DNA of 32,000 nt from Candidatus Contendobacter sp. (lineage in GTDB: Bacteria > Pseudomonadota > Gammaproteobacteria > Competibacterales > Competibacteraceae). Positions 25,275 to 32,000 of the stretch are shown piece after piece. The translations under genes and the position numbers were made by a program. The stretch covers positions 18,548 to 50,547 of the forward strand of contig JBATNZ010000172.1 in assembly GCA_049290615.1 (NCBI GenBank). Reading direction: 5' to 3'. The notes under the pieces are model-generated. The model worked only from the letters and a program-made list of their open reading frames with translations. It was not told the DNA's origin and ran no database searches. The stretch's first letter is position 1, and each line of letters begins with the position of its first letter.

Positions 25275-25697
25275 TCAGCGGACGATCAGCAGGTAGGCGA
25301 GCACATCGCCCTTTTCCTGAGCGGTGCAGGGGCGGCCCAGCACATCGTTGCAGTTGCGCTTGAACCACTTCTCAACCTTGTCGGGGCGGGTGAAACGTTC
25401 GGGGTTGGCGGCGGGCGCCAGCGGAGCAAGGGATTTGCCGGTGGCGGCATGCTGGCCGGTGGCTGTCGGATTGCGGGCATGGCAGGAGGCACAACTCCAT
25501 TCCTTGCCATGAGCGCTGGCATACCAGCGCTGGCCTTGGTCGGCGGAGAAGCCGGTAAACGCCGGATTCTCCTGTTTAGCCTGGGCGGCGAACAGGGTTT
25601 GAAAATCAGCCGGGGTTTCGGCTCGAACGCCAGCGGCGACGACGAGCAGGGTAGCGGCCATGCCGAACAAACTAGAGACGGTTGGTTTGGGTGTCAT
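25275..25697 (-). CDS. Monoheme c-type cytochrome, SHP (sphaeroides heme protein)/DUF1924-like
   Basis: Signal peptide (AAGVRA/ETP) and a single CASCH motif in 140 aa. It is the first gene of a three-gene unit with the diheme cytochrome c and cytochrome b, the arrangement described for the Rhodobacter sphaeroides SHP locus. Confidence 0.65.
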   Translation of the reverse strand: MTPKPTVSSLFGMAATLLVVAAGVRAETPADFQTLFAAQAKQENPAFTGFSADQGQRWYASAHGKEWSCASCHARNPTATGQHAATGKSLAPLAPAANPERFTRPDKVEKWFKRNCNDVLGRPCTAQEKGDVLAYLLIVR

Positions 25698-25821
25698 TGA
25701 ATGTCTCCCTTTTTTTGGGAGCTTCAGTTTGACATCCGAACCTTAATTCAACTTGAAAACGCTCGTCATGAGGGTCGGCAATAATTCGTGCGATAAGCAA
25801 CCCAATAGGTGATGGAGTTTT

Positions 25822-25933
25822 AGGACTTTCACTTTTTTTCATACCCGCGCAAGCGGAAATCCAGTAAACAACTGAAAAGAGTGGATACCCATTTGCTCGG
25901 GTATGCCGAATTCGGGGATTTGGCGAAAGTCCT
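25822..25933. repeat. Nested inverted repeats in the spacer between the gamma-lyase gene and the SHP operon
   Basis: Outer arms are AGGACTTTC (25822-25830) and GAAAGTCCT (25925-25933). Inner arms are CATACCCG (25840-25847) and CGGGTATG (25898-25905). The palindrome CCGAATTCGG lies at 25906-25915. Confidence 0.5.
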
Positions 25934-26014
25934 GAGTTTGAGAGGCGAAAGGCATCACGTTGCGTATATGCGCCCATGATGGTCAGGACTGCATGGTTAG
26001 GCGCTGTTTGGGAT

Positions 26015-27169
26015 TCAATCAAGCGCCGCCGCCAAATCGGCGATGAGATCGTCCACATTCTCGATGCCCACCGACAACCGCACCAGGTTATCGCCGATGC
26101 CCAATTCCCGGCGCACCTCCGGCCCGAGCGAGGCATGGGTCATGATCGCCGGGTGTTCGATCAGGCTTTCCACCCCGCCCAGACTTTCCGCCAGCGCGAA
26201 GATCCGGCACCGTTCCAGGAAACGGCGGGCCTCGTCCAAACCGCCTTTGAGCACCATGCTGATCATCCCGCCGAAGCCGCGCATTTGCCGCCGCGCCAAG
26301 GCATGGTACGGATGGCTGGGCAAACCCGGATAGATCACCCGCTCGATGCGCGGATGCCGCTCCAGCCATTCGGCGACCGCCTGGGCATTTTCGCAATGCT
26401 GGCGCATCCGCACCGCCAGGGTCTTGATCCCACGATGGATCAGGAAGCAGTCGAACGGACTGGGCACCGAACCGACGGCGTTTTGCAGGAAGGTCAAGCG
26501 TTCGCACAACGCCGGGTCTTGCGCGACCACCACGCCGCCGACCGCGTCGGAATGACCGTTGAGATACTTGGTGGCGGAGTGCAAGGCGATGTCGAAACCG
26601 AACGCCAGCGGGCGTTGAATCCAGGGCGTGGCGAAGGTGTTGTCAGCCACGGCGAGCAGGCCGTGCGACCGGGCGAACGCCGCCACTTGTTGCAAATCCA
26701 CCAGCTTCAGCAAGGGGTTGCTGGGGGTTTCCACCCAGATCATACGAGTGTTGGGACGCAGCAGGCGTTCCAGTTCGGCGCGATCCTGGAGCGAGCTGTA
26801 GCTGAATTCCAACCCGGCGCTGCGGCGGCGGACCTGTTCGAACAACCGCCGGGTGCCGCCGTAAAGGTCATCCAGCGCGATGACGTGCGATCCACCGTCC
26901 AGCAACTCCAGCACGGTGCCGATCGCCGCCAGTCCGGAGGCGAAGGCAAAACCGGCCCGCCCGCCTTCCAAATCAGCCACGCAGCGCTCGTAGGCGAAGC
27001 GGGTCGGGTTGTGGCTGCGGGCGTAGTCGAAGCCCTGATGCACGCCGGGGCTGGATTGAACATAGGTGGAGGTCGCATAGATCGGGGTGATAATCGCCCC
27101 GGTGCTGGGGTCGGGAGTCTGGCCGGCGTGGATGGCGCGGGTGGCGAAACGAAGGTCGGTATCGGACAT
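26015..27169 (-). CDS. Cystathionine gamma-lyase / gamma-synthase family PLP enzyme (probable reverse-transsulfuration gamma-lyase)
   Basis: 384-aa ORF with motifs TRAIHAGQTPDPSTGAIITPIY, YARSHNPT, FASGLAA, VETPSNPLLKLVD, VADNTFATP, HSATKYLNGHSD (PLP Lys), ESLGGVESL. It starts 10 nt downstream of the CBS gene. Confidence 0.9.
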   Translation of the reverse strand: MSDTDLRFATRAIHAGQTPDPSTGAIITPIYATSTYVQSSPGVHQGFDYARSHNPTRFAYERCVADLEGGRAGFAFASGLAAIGTVLELLDGGSHVIALDDLYGGTRRLFEQVRRRSAGLEFSYSSLQDRAELERLLRPNTRMIWVETPSNPLLKLVDLQQVAAFARSHGLLAVADNTFATPWIQRPLAFGFDIALHSATKYLNGHSDAVGGVVVAQDPALCERLTFLQNAVGSVPSPFDCFLIHRGIKTLAVRMRQHCENAQAVAEWLERHPRIERVIYPGLPSHPYHALARRQMRGFGGMISMVLKGGLDEARRFLERCRIFALAESLGGVESLIEHPAIMTHASLGPEVRRELGIGDNLVRLSVGIENVDDLIADLAAALD

Positions 27170-27179
27170 GGGGAAGTGG

Positions 27180-28565
27180 TCAACGCATGCGGCGGCGGAG
27201 GTAGTTCAACAGGTCAATGCGGGTAATCAGACCCAGGAATCGTTCCCCTTCGCAGACGATGGGTACCCGTCCCCGGTCGAAAATGTTCAGCAGGGCCGCC
27301 AACCCGGCGTCGGGGGCGATGGTTTCCAGATGGGTGCTCATGAAATTCCCGATGGGCTCGCGGAAGCGGGTCGGATCGGCCGACACCGCCAGCAGCAAGT
27401 CGGATTCGTCGATGAGGCCGACGATGCGCTCGCCGGCCACGACCGGCAGTTGCGACACGTCGTACAGCTTGCAGCGGCCGTGCGCGGTGAGCAGCGTATC
27501 GTCGGGTCCGACCGTCACCACCGCGCCTTCGGCATGGCGGCGGCCGATCAAGTCGCGCAAATCGCCGTGCGAACCGCGGGACAGGAAACCTTGGTCCTGC
27601 ATCCAGAAATCGTTGTACATCTTCGACAGGTACTTGTTACCGCTGTCGCAGATGAAGGTCACCACCCGTTCCGGCGCGGTGCGGCTGCGACAGTAGCGCA
27701 GGGCGGCGGCAACCAGCGTGCCGGACGAAGAACCGGCCATGATCCCTTCCCGCCGTAGCAGCTCGCGAGCGGTGGCGAAGCTCTCGGCGTCGCCGATGGT
27801 GTAAGCCTCCGCGACGCCGGACAGGTCGCTGATCGGCGGAACGAAATCTTCGCCGATGCCTTCCACCAGCCAGGAACCGGCTTCGCCGATGCTTCCGGTT
27901 TTCAGGTAGTCCGCCAGCACCGACCCTTTGGGGTCGGCCAGCACCATCTTGAGGTTGGGTGCCACTCGGCGGAAAAAGCGGGTCAGGCCGGTGATCGTGC
28001 CGCCGCTGCCCACACCGCACACCACGGCGTCGATCTGGTGATCCACTTGTTCCCAAATCTCGGGACCAGTGCTGTCCTCATGCGCGCGGGGATTGGCAGG
28101 ATTATTGAACTGGTTGATATACAAGGAATTCGGTGTTTCCCGCGCCAGCCGTTCCGCCAAATCCTGGTAATACGCCGGATGGCCCTTGCCGACATCGGAA
28201 CGGGTCATCACCACCTCGGCGCCCAGCGCCTTGAGATGGAAGATTTTCTCCTGACTCATTTTGTCGGGAATGACCAGTTTCAGGCGATAGCCCTTGTGCG
28301 CGGCGACCAGCGCCAGCCCCAGGCCGGTATTGCCGGCGGTCGCTTCGATAAGGGTGCCGCCCGGCGCGATTTTCCCGTCGCGTTCGGCGGCTTCGATCAT
28401 CGCCAAGCCGATGCGATCCTTGATCGAACCGCCGGGATTCTGGTTCTCCAGTTTGACGAACAACCGGCAGAGACCGGTATCCAGGCGGGTAATTTCCACC
28501 AGCGGAGTGTTGCCGATCAGGGCCAACACACCATCGCGCTGGCCGGAAACGAGATTAGCAGTCAT
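27180..28565 (-). CDS. Cystathionine beta-synthase (PLP fold-type II domain + C-terminal CBS-domain pair)
   Basis: 461-aa ORF with LENQNPGGSIKDR (PLP Lys), TAGNTGLGLA, GVGSGGTITG and a C-terminal tandem CBS pair (VVTVGPDDTL...VSQLPVV; IAPDAGL...VPIV...GLITRIDLL). Confidence 0.9.
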   Translation of the reverse strand: MTANLVSGQRDGVLALIGNTPLVEITRLDTGLCRLFVKLENQNPGGSIKDRIGLAMIEAAERDGKIAPGGTLIEATAGNTGLGLALVAAHKGYRLKLVIPDKMSQEKIFHLKALGAEVVMTRSDVGKGHPAYYQDLAERLARETPNSLYINQFNNPANPRAHEDSTGPEIWEQVDHQIDAVVCGVGSGGTITGLTRFFRRVAPNLKMVLADPKGSVLADYLKTGSIGEAGSWLVEGIGEDFVPPISDLSGVAEAYTIGDAESFATARELLRREGIMAGSSSGTLVAAALRYCRSRTAPERVVTFICDSGNKYLSKMYNDFWMQDQGFLSRGSHGDLRDLIGRRHAEGAVVTVGPDDTLLTAHGRCKLYDVSQLPVVAGERIVGLIDESDLLLAVSADPTRFREPIGNFMSTHLETIAPDAGLAALLNIFDRGRVPIVCEGERFLGLITRIDLLNYLRRRMR

Positions 28566-28611
28566 CAGAGGTTCTCATTCGGCGGCGCGTCGCAACATGC
28601 CGGTTTGGTCC

Positions 28612-28684
28612 ACCCGTCGCAGCGTGGCCAGTTCCTGTTCGGTGGGTTCGGGTGCGATCTCGACGGGATCTACCCGTCGCAGCG
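28612..28684. repeat. 13-nt exact direct repeat, two copies exactly 60 nt apart, upstream of the CBS gene
   Basis: ACCCGTCGCAGCG occurs at 28612-28624 and again at 28672-28684, each followed by (T)GGCCAG. The second copy overlaps the hairpin GACGGG-ATCTA-CCCGTC (28662-28678). Confidence 0.6.
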
Positions 28685-28721
28685 GCCAGCCGGTGTTGGC
28701 GACGAGTTTGTTAGGCACGGG

Positions 28722-29273
28722 CTATGGGACGCTCTGCCGCAACTGATACGCCCGAAACGGCGCGTTCTCGTAAGCCGCCTCGGCGACGTAGCGGCCCAGT
28801 TGCAGGAACTCCCCGGCATCCCTGACCAGGCCGGCAAAGCGGGTCACCGGTTCGCCGTCGGCGCCGTAGAAAATGAAGGTGGGCGCGGCCTGCACCCGGT
28901 TGGCGAGGGCGAATTCAATGTGCTTCACGGTGTTGCCCTTGAAGTCGATCAGGGGCGTGGAACCGGTCAGATCCAGGCTGACGCTCAGGAAATGCCGTCG
29001 GTAAAAGTCCTGTACCGCTGGATCGCGCAACACCGTGTCCTTTACCTTGCGACACTCGCCACATCCCTGCAGCTCGAACAGCACCAACACGCCTTGTTTG
29101 CCCGCCCGCGTGGCTTGTGCGAGAACGCTTTTCAGGTTGTCGGGGACGGCGCTGAAGAAAGTGTCGCTCCTGGCTCCCACCGGAGCAACGAGGGCCAGAA
29201 AGCTCAACCCCAACACCATGACGATCAAACCGAACAACACGAGGGAACCGAACAACTCCAGCGAGCGGACCAT
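28722..29273 (-). CDS. Membrane-anchored or exported thioredoxin-fold protein with CxxC
   Basis: 183-aa ORF with a GAGGG ribosome-binding site. It has an N-terminal hydrophobic segment, then VLVLFELQGCGECRKV (CGEC) and a downstream PTFIFYGADGEP motif, typical of thioredoxin-like folds. Confidence 0.7.
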   Translation of the reverse strand: MVRSLELFGSLVLFGLIVMVLGLSFLALVAPVGARSDTFFSAVPDNLKSVLAQATRAGKQGVLVLFELQGCGECRKVKDTVLRDPAVQDFYRRHFLSVSLDLTGSTPLIDFKGNTVKHIEFALANRVQAAPTFIFYGADGEPVTRFAGLVRDAGEFLQLGRYVAEAAYENAPFRAYQLRQSVP

Positions 29274-29283
29274 GGTTTTGCCC

Positions 29284-29556
29284 TCACTTCAGCCAGAACA
29301 GCGCCGTTGCTTCCTTGCCCGACCAGCGCCAGAGCAAGGCCAGCGCCGAGTTGACGAACTCGATCAGTTCGACGTCGAGTCCCTCCTGAGCGAACAATCC
29401 CTGCTCCTTGGCGACGAAGAACTTGGCATGGCCGGTGACAGGCAGATAACCCACCTTCAGGGGATGAGTGGGGTTGTCCGCATGGACGCCCGCGCACAGG
29501 GTCAATCCCAGTGCGGCGGCGGTCATAAATTTGAATGATAACGATAATTTGGCCAT
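29284..29556 (-). pseudogene. Truncated NMT1/SsuA/NrtA-type periplasmic binding protein (only ~90 codons)
   Basis: Signal peptide MAKLSLSFKFMTAAALGLTLCAGVHA, then LKVGYLPVTGHAKFFVAKEQGLFAQEGLDVELIEFVNS, the N-terminal lobe of this family. A stop codon follows after 90 aa, whereas SsuA and TauA in this window are 323 and 338 aa. Confidence 0.6.
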
Positions 29557-29827
29557 GTCCCCTTCCAGAAACCACATGAAGATCGGTTGCGGAACGTCGG
29601 TATTGGAACACCCTTGGGTTGTGCCGCAACGTTGAGAGGAGTCTGGTATAGCGCGGGTTTCTTCAAACTCAAAAGAATAAAAAATGCTTATTAAATTCAT
29701 CGAAATGCATTAGAGCCAACCCATGCTATTGCAGAAAAACGCATAAGGATTTCGCAATATATTATTTTCCATTATTCCCATTCGTTTTTAGACTTCGATT
29801 TAATTATAACTTTTTCGGAGTTTGTCC
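29557..29827. promoter_or_regulatory. Divergent AT-rich promoter region (cysP-cysTW rightward; binding-protein relic/thioredoxin/CBS/lyase leftward)
   Basis: AT-rich spacer between divergently oriented units. Tandem ATTATT(T/C)(T/C)CC repeats lie at 29761-29780, and GGAG lies 7 nt before the cysP ATG. Confidence 0.35.
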
Positions 29828-30835
29828 ATGAAATTTTCGCCCGGCGTCGTTGGCGCCTTCCTGGTGGGCGCCACAGCTTTAATGCTCGGCGCCGCGCACG
29901 CTGACGTCACCCTGCTGAACGTCTCCTACGACGTGACACGGGAACTGTACAAGGACATCAATCCGGCTTTTATCGCGCAGTGGGCGCAAACCACGGGCGA
30001 AAAGGTCGCCGTCGAGCAGTCCCACGGCGGGTCGAGCAAACAGGCGCTCTCGGTCGCCAACGGTCTGGAAGCCGATGTGGTCACCATGAATCAGGCCACG
30101 GACATCGATCTGCTGGCGCGCGGGGGGCTGGTGCCCGCCGACTGGCGCAAGCGTTTGCCCTACGACAGCGCGCCCTACACCTCGACCACCATTTTTCTGG
30201 TGCGCAAGGGCAACCCCAAGCACATTCGCGACTGGGACGATCTGGCCAAACCGGGCATCGTGGTCGTCGTTCCCAATCCCAAAACCTCAGGCAACGGCCG
30301 CTACACCTATCTGGCGGCCTGGGGCTACGCGGTGAAGAAGGGCGGCGACGAAGCCAAAGCCCGCGATTTCGTGACCCGGCTGTTTCGCAACGTGCCGGTG
30401 CTGGACGGCGGCGGGCGCGGCGCCACCACCACCTTCACCCAACGCGACCTGGGCGACGTGCTGGTGACCTTCGAAAACGAGGCGGTGCTGATCCAACGGG
30501 AACTGGGGAGTGCCGGTTTTGAAGTGGTTTATCCCTCGATCAGCCTTCAGGCCGAAGCGCCGGTCGCGGTGGTGGATCAAGTGGTGGATCGCAAAGGCAC
30601 GAAAAAGCAGGCGCAGGGCTATCTGGAGTTTCTCTACTCGCCGGCCGGACAGGAGATCATCGCCCGGCACTTCTTTCGTCCGCGCCTTGACACGGTGTTG
30701 CAAAAACACGCGCAACAGTTCAAGCCGATCCCGCTGTTCACGGTGGACGAGGTCTTCGGCAGTCTCGACCAGGCGCAAAAGACCCACTTCGCCGATGGCG
30801 GCGTGTTCGATCAGATCGTGGTGAATCGCCCATGA
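29828..30835 (+). CDS. cysP: Sulfate/thiosulfate-binding periplasmic protein (Sbp/CysP family)
   Basis: Signal peptide (GAAHA/DVT) and long colinearity with E. coli Sbp as I remember it (LLNVSYD.TRELY, QSHGGS.KQA.SV.NG.EADVVT, LP.(D)SAPYTST.VFLVRKGNPK.I.DW.DL.KPG, NPK.SG, YLAAWGYA, FENEA, LYSP.GQEI.A...YRPR). ATG 29828 is preferred over TTG 29822. Confidence 0.92.
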   Translation: MKFSPGVVGAFLVGATALMLGAAHADVTLLNVSYDVTRELYKDINPAFIAQWAQTTGEKVAVEQSHGGSSKQALSVANGLEADVVTMNQATDIDLLARGGLVPADWRKRLPYDSAPYTSTTIFLVRKGNPKHIRDWDDLAKPGIVVVVPNPKTSGNGRYTYLAAWGYAVKKGGDEAKARDFVTRLFRNVPVLDGGGRGATTTFTQRDLGDVLVTFENEAVLIQRELGSAGFEVVYPSISLQAEAPVAVVDQVVDRKGTKKQAQGYLEFLYSPAGQEIIARHFFRPRLDTVLQKHAQQFKPIPLFTVDEVFGSLDQAQKTHFADGGVFDQIVVNRP

Positions 30836-31665
30836 GCACGGGCGCGGCGCGGCGGGTTCTGCCGGGGTTTCCGCTGGCGCTGGGCTACACCCTGGTCTAC
30901 CTGTCCCTCATCGTCTTGGTTCCGCTCAGCGCCGTCTTTCTGAAATCCGCAACCCAGGGTTGGGAGTCCTTCTGGGCGGCCATCAGCACCCCCCGGGTGG
31001 TGGCCTCGTACCAGTTGACCTATGGCGTTTCCCTGCTGGCCGCCGCGATCAACGCCGTCTTCGGGCTGATTTTTGCCTGGGTGCTGGTGCGTTACAGCTT
31101 TCCGGGCAAGCGGATCGTGGATGCGCTGGTGGATCTGCCGTTCGCCTTGCCCACGGCGGTCGCCGGCATCGCCCTCACCGCCATTTACGCGGGCAACGGC
31201 TGGCTGGGGCAATGGCTGCAACCGTTGGGTATCAAGGTCGCCTTCACGCCGCTGGGGATTCTGGTGGCGCTGATCTTCATCGGCCTCCCCTTCGTGGTGC
31301 GCACGGTGCAACCGGTGCTCGAAGATCTGAGTACCGAGTTGGAGGAAGCCGCCGCCAGTCTCGGCGCGGATCGCTGGCAGACGTTCCATCGCGTGGTGTT
31401 GCCGCCGGTGCTGCCCGCGCTGCTCACCGGCTTCGCCCTGGCCTTTGCCCGCGCGGTGGGAGAATACGGTTCGGTGATCTTCATCGCCGGTAATGTGCCG
31501 ATGGTGTCGGAAATCACGCCGCTGCTGATCATCACCAAACTGGAGCAGTTCGACTACCCCGGCGCCACGGCGATTGCCGCCGTCATGCTAGTGACTTCGT
31601 TTATCTTGCTGTTCCTGATCAATGGCTTGCAGGCATGGGCCAACCGTAGTCACGGAGGAGGATAA
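30832..31665 (+). CDS. cysT: Sulfate/thiosulfate ABC transporter permease
   Basis: The start overlaps the cysP stop (ATGA). 277-aa hydrophobic ORF with the CysT-like core EEAAASLGADRWQTFHRVVLPPVLPALLTGFALAFARAVGEYGSVIFIAGN. Confidence 0.92.
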   Translation: MSTGAARRVLPGFPLALGYTLVYLSLIVLVPLSAVFLKSATQGWESFWAAISTPRVVASYQLTYGVSLLAAAINAVFGLIFAWVLVRYSFPGKRIVDALVDLPFALPTAVAGIALTAIYAGNGWLGQWLQPLGIKVAFTPLGILVALIFIGLPFVVRTVQPVLEDLSTELEEAAASLGADRWQTFHRVVLPPVLPALLTGFALAFARAVGEYGSVIFIAGNVPMVSEITPLLIITKLEQFDYPGATAIAAVMLVTSFILLFLINGLQAWANRSHGGG

Positions 31666-31667
31666 GC

Positions 31668-32000
31668 ATGGGCGCCGCCGTTGCCACCCATTGGACCGTC
31701 CACTCGCGGCGATTCGAGGCCAGCGCCGCCACCCGCGAACCTGCCTGGGTGCGAGGGATTCTGATCGCCATCGCGCTGGCGTTTTTTGCGCTGTTCCTGT
31801 TGTTGCCCTTGGTGACGGTCTTCACCGAAGCCCTTCGCAAGGGCTGGGGAGTCTATTTCGCGGCGCTGGTCGATCCAGACGCCCGATCCGCGATTTTCCT
31901 GACCTTGCTCGTTACTGCGATTGCCGTGCCGCTCAATCTGGTGTTTGGCGTGTCGGCGGCCTGGGCGATTGCCAAGTTCAATTTTCGCGGCAAGCAGTTG
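31668..32000 (+). CDS. cysW: Sulfate/thiosulfate ABC transporter permease, 3' end outside the window
   Basis: ATG lies 2 nt after the cysT stop, and the frame is open to the window end. The N-terminal TM region (WVRGILIAIALAFFALFLLLPLV ... AIFLTLLVTAIAVPLNLVFG) and its position after cysT support the call. Confidence 0.88.
   Translation, partial: MGAAVATHWTVHSRRFEASAATREPAWVRGILIAIALAFFALFLLLPLVTVFTEALRKGWGVYFAALVDPDARSAIFLTLLVTAIAVPLNLVFGVSAAWAIAKFNFRGKQL

Noticed and set aside
25672-26136. 154-aa minus-strand ORF across the lyase-SHP spacer
   Set aside because: It overlaps the 3' end of the lyase gene and the 5' end of the SHP gene. Its middle is the nested inverted-repeat element. It is more likely non-coding.
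25976-27226. 416-aa plus-strand ORF
   Set aside because: It is antisense to the cystathionine gamma-lyase-family gene and has no motifs. It is a GC-rich shadow ORF.
28612-28684. CRISPR-like repeat
   Set aside because: There are only two copies of a 13-nt repeat and no array or cas genes. It is treated as a regulatory or coding repeat instead.
28038-29354. 438-aa plus-strand ORF
   Set aside because: It is antisense to the CBS and thioredoxin-like genes and crosses their intergenic spacer. It has no motifs and is a shadow ORF.
1-32000. tRNA, rRNA, integrase, transposase or toxin-antitoxin genes at the compositional boundaries
   Set aside because: I looked at each spacer and at all ORFs of at least 61 aa and found none. 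The absence is based on reading by eye, not on tRNAscan or HMM scans.

Overview
Gene-dense 32-kb chromosomal segment that looks like a GC-rich proteobacterial genome. I saw no rRNA, tRNA, CRISPR array, transposase or integrase. It has two parts. (A) 1-7.9 kb is a lower-GC block with all genes on the + strand. It holds a PaaK-type adenylating ligase (5' partial), a 415-aa radical-SAM-like protein with an atypical CX8CX2C cysteine triad, a PNPOx-like split-barrel flavoprotein and a GNAT acetyltransferase. These are followed by a signal-less molybdopterin (Mo-bisPGD) oxidoreductase whose ferredoxin and NrfD-type membrane subunits are fused into one polypeptide. I cannot assign this block to any characterised pathway, and it is my best candidate for something undescribed. 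(B) 7.9-32 kb is a sulfur-acquisition supercluster: tauABC joined directly to ssuEADCBF; metQNI; an APC permease / omega-transaminase / AhpD-like / metY operon; a cystathionine beta-synthase + gamma-lyase pair with a thioredoxin-like gene; and cysP-cysT-cysW (3' partial). An SHP / diheme cytochrome c / cytochrome b operon sits in the middle of part B. Part B also carries three gene relics (a permease C-terminus, a metN-like N-terminus and a truncated solute-binding protein), several hairpin or repeat elements in the few AT-rich spacers, and stepwise GC changes. Together these point to patchwork assembly without any visible mobility genes. All functional calls come from reading motifs in the translated ORFs by eye. 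No database search was run.
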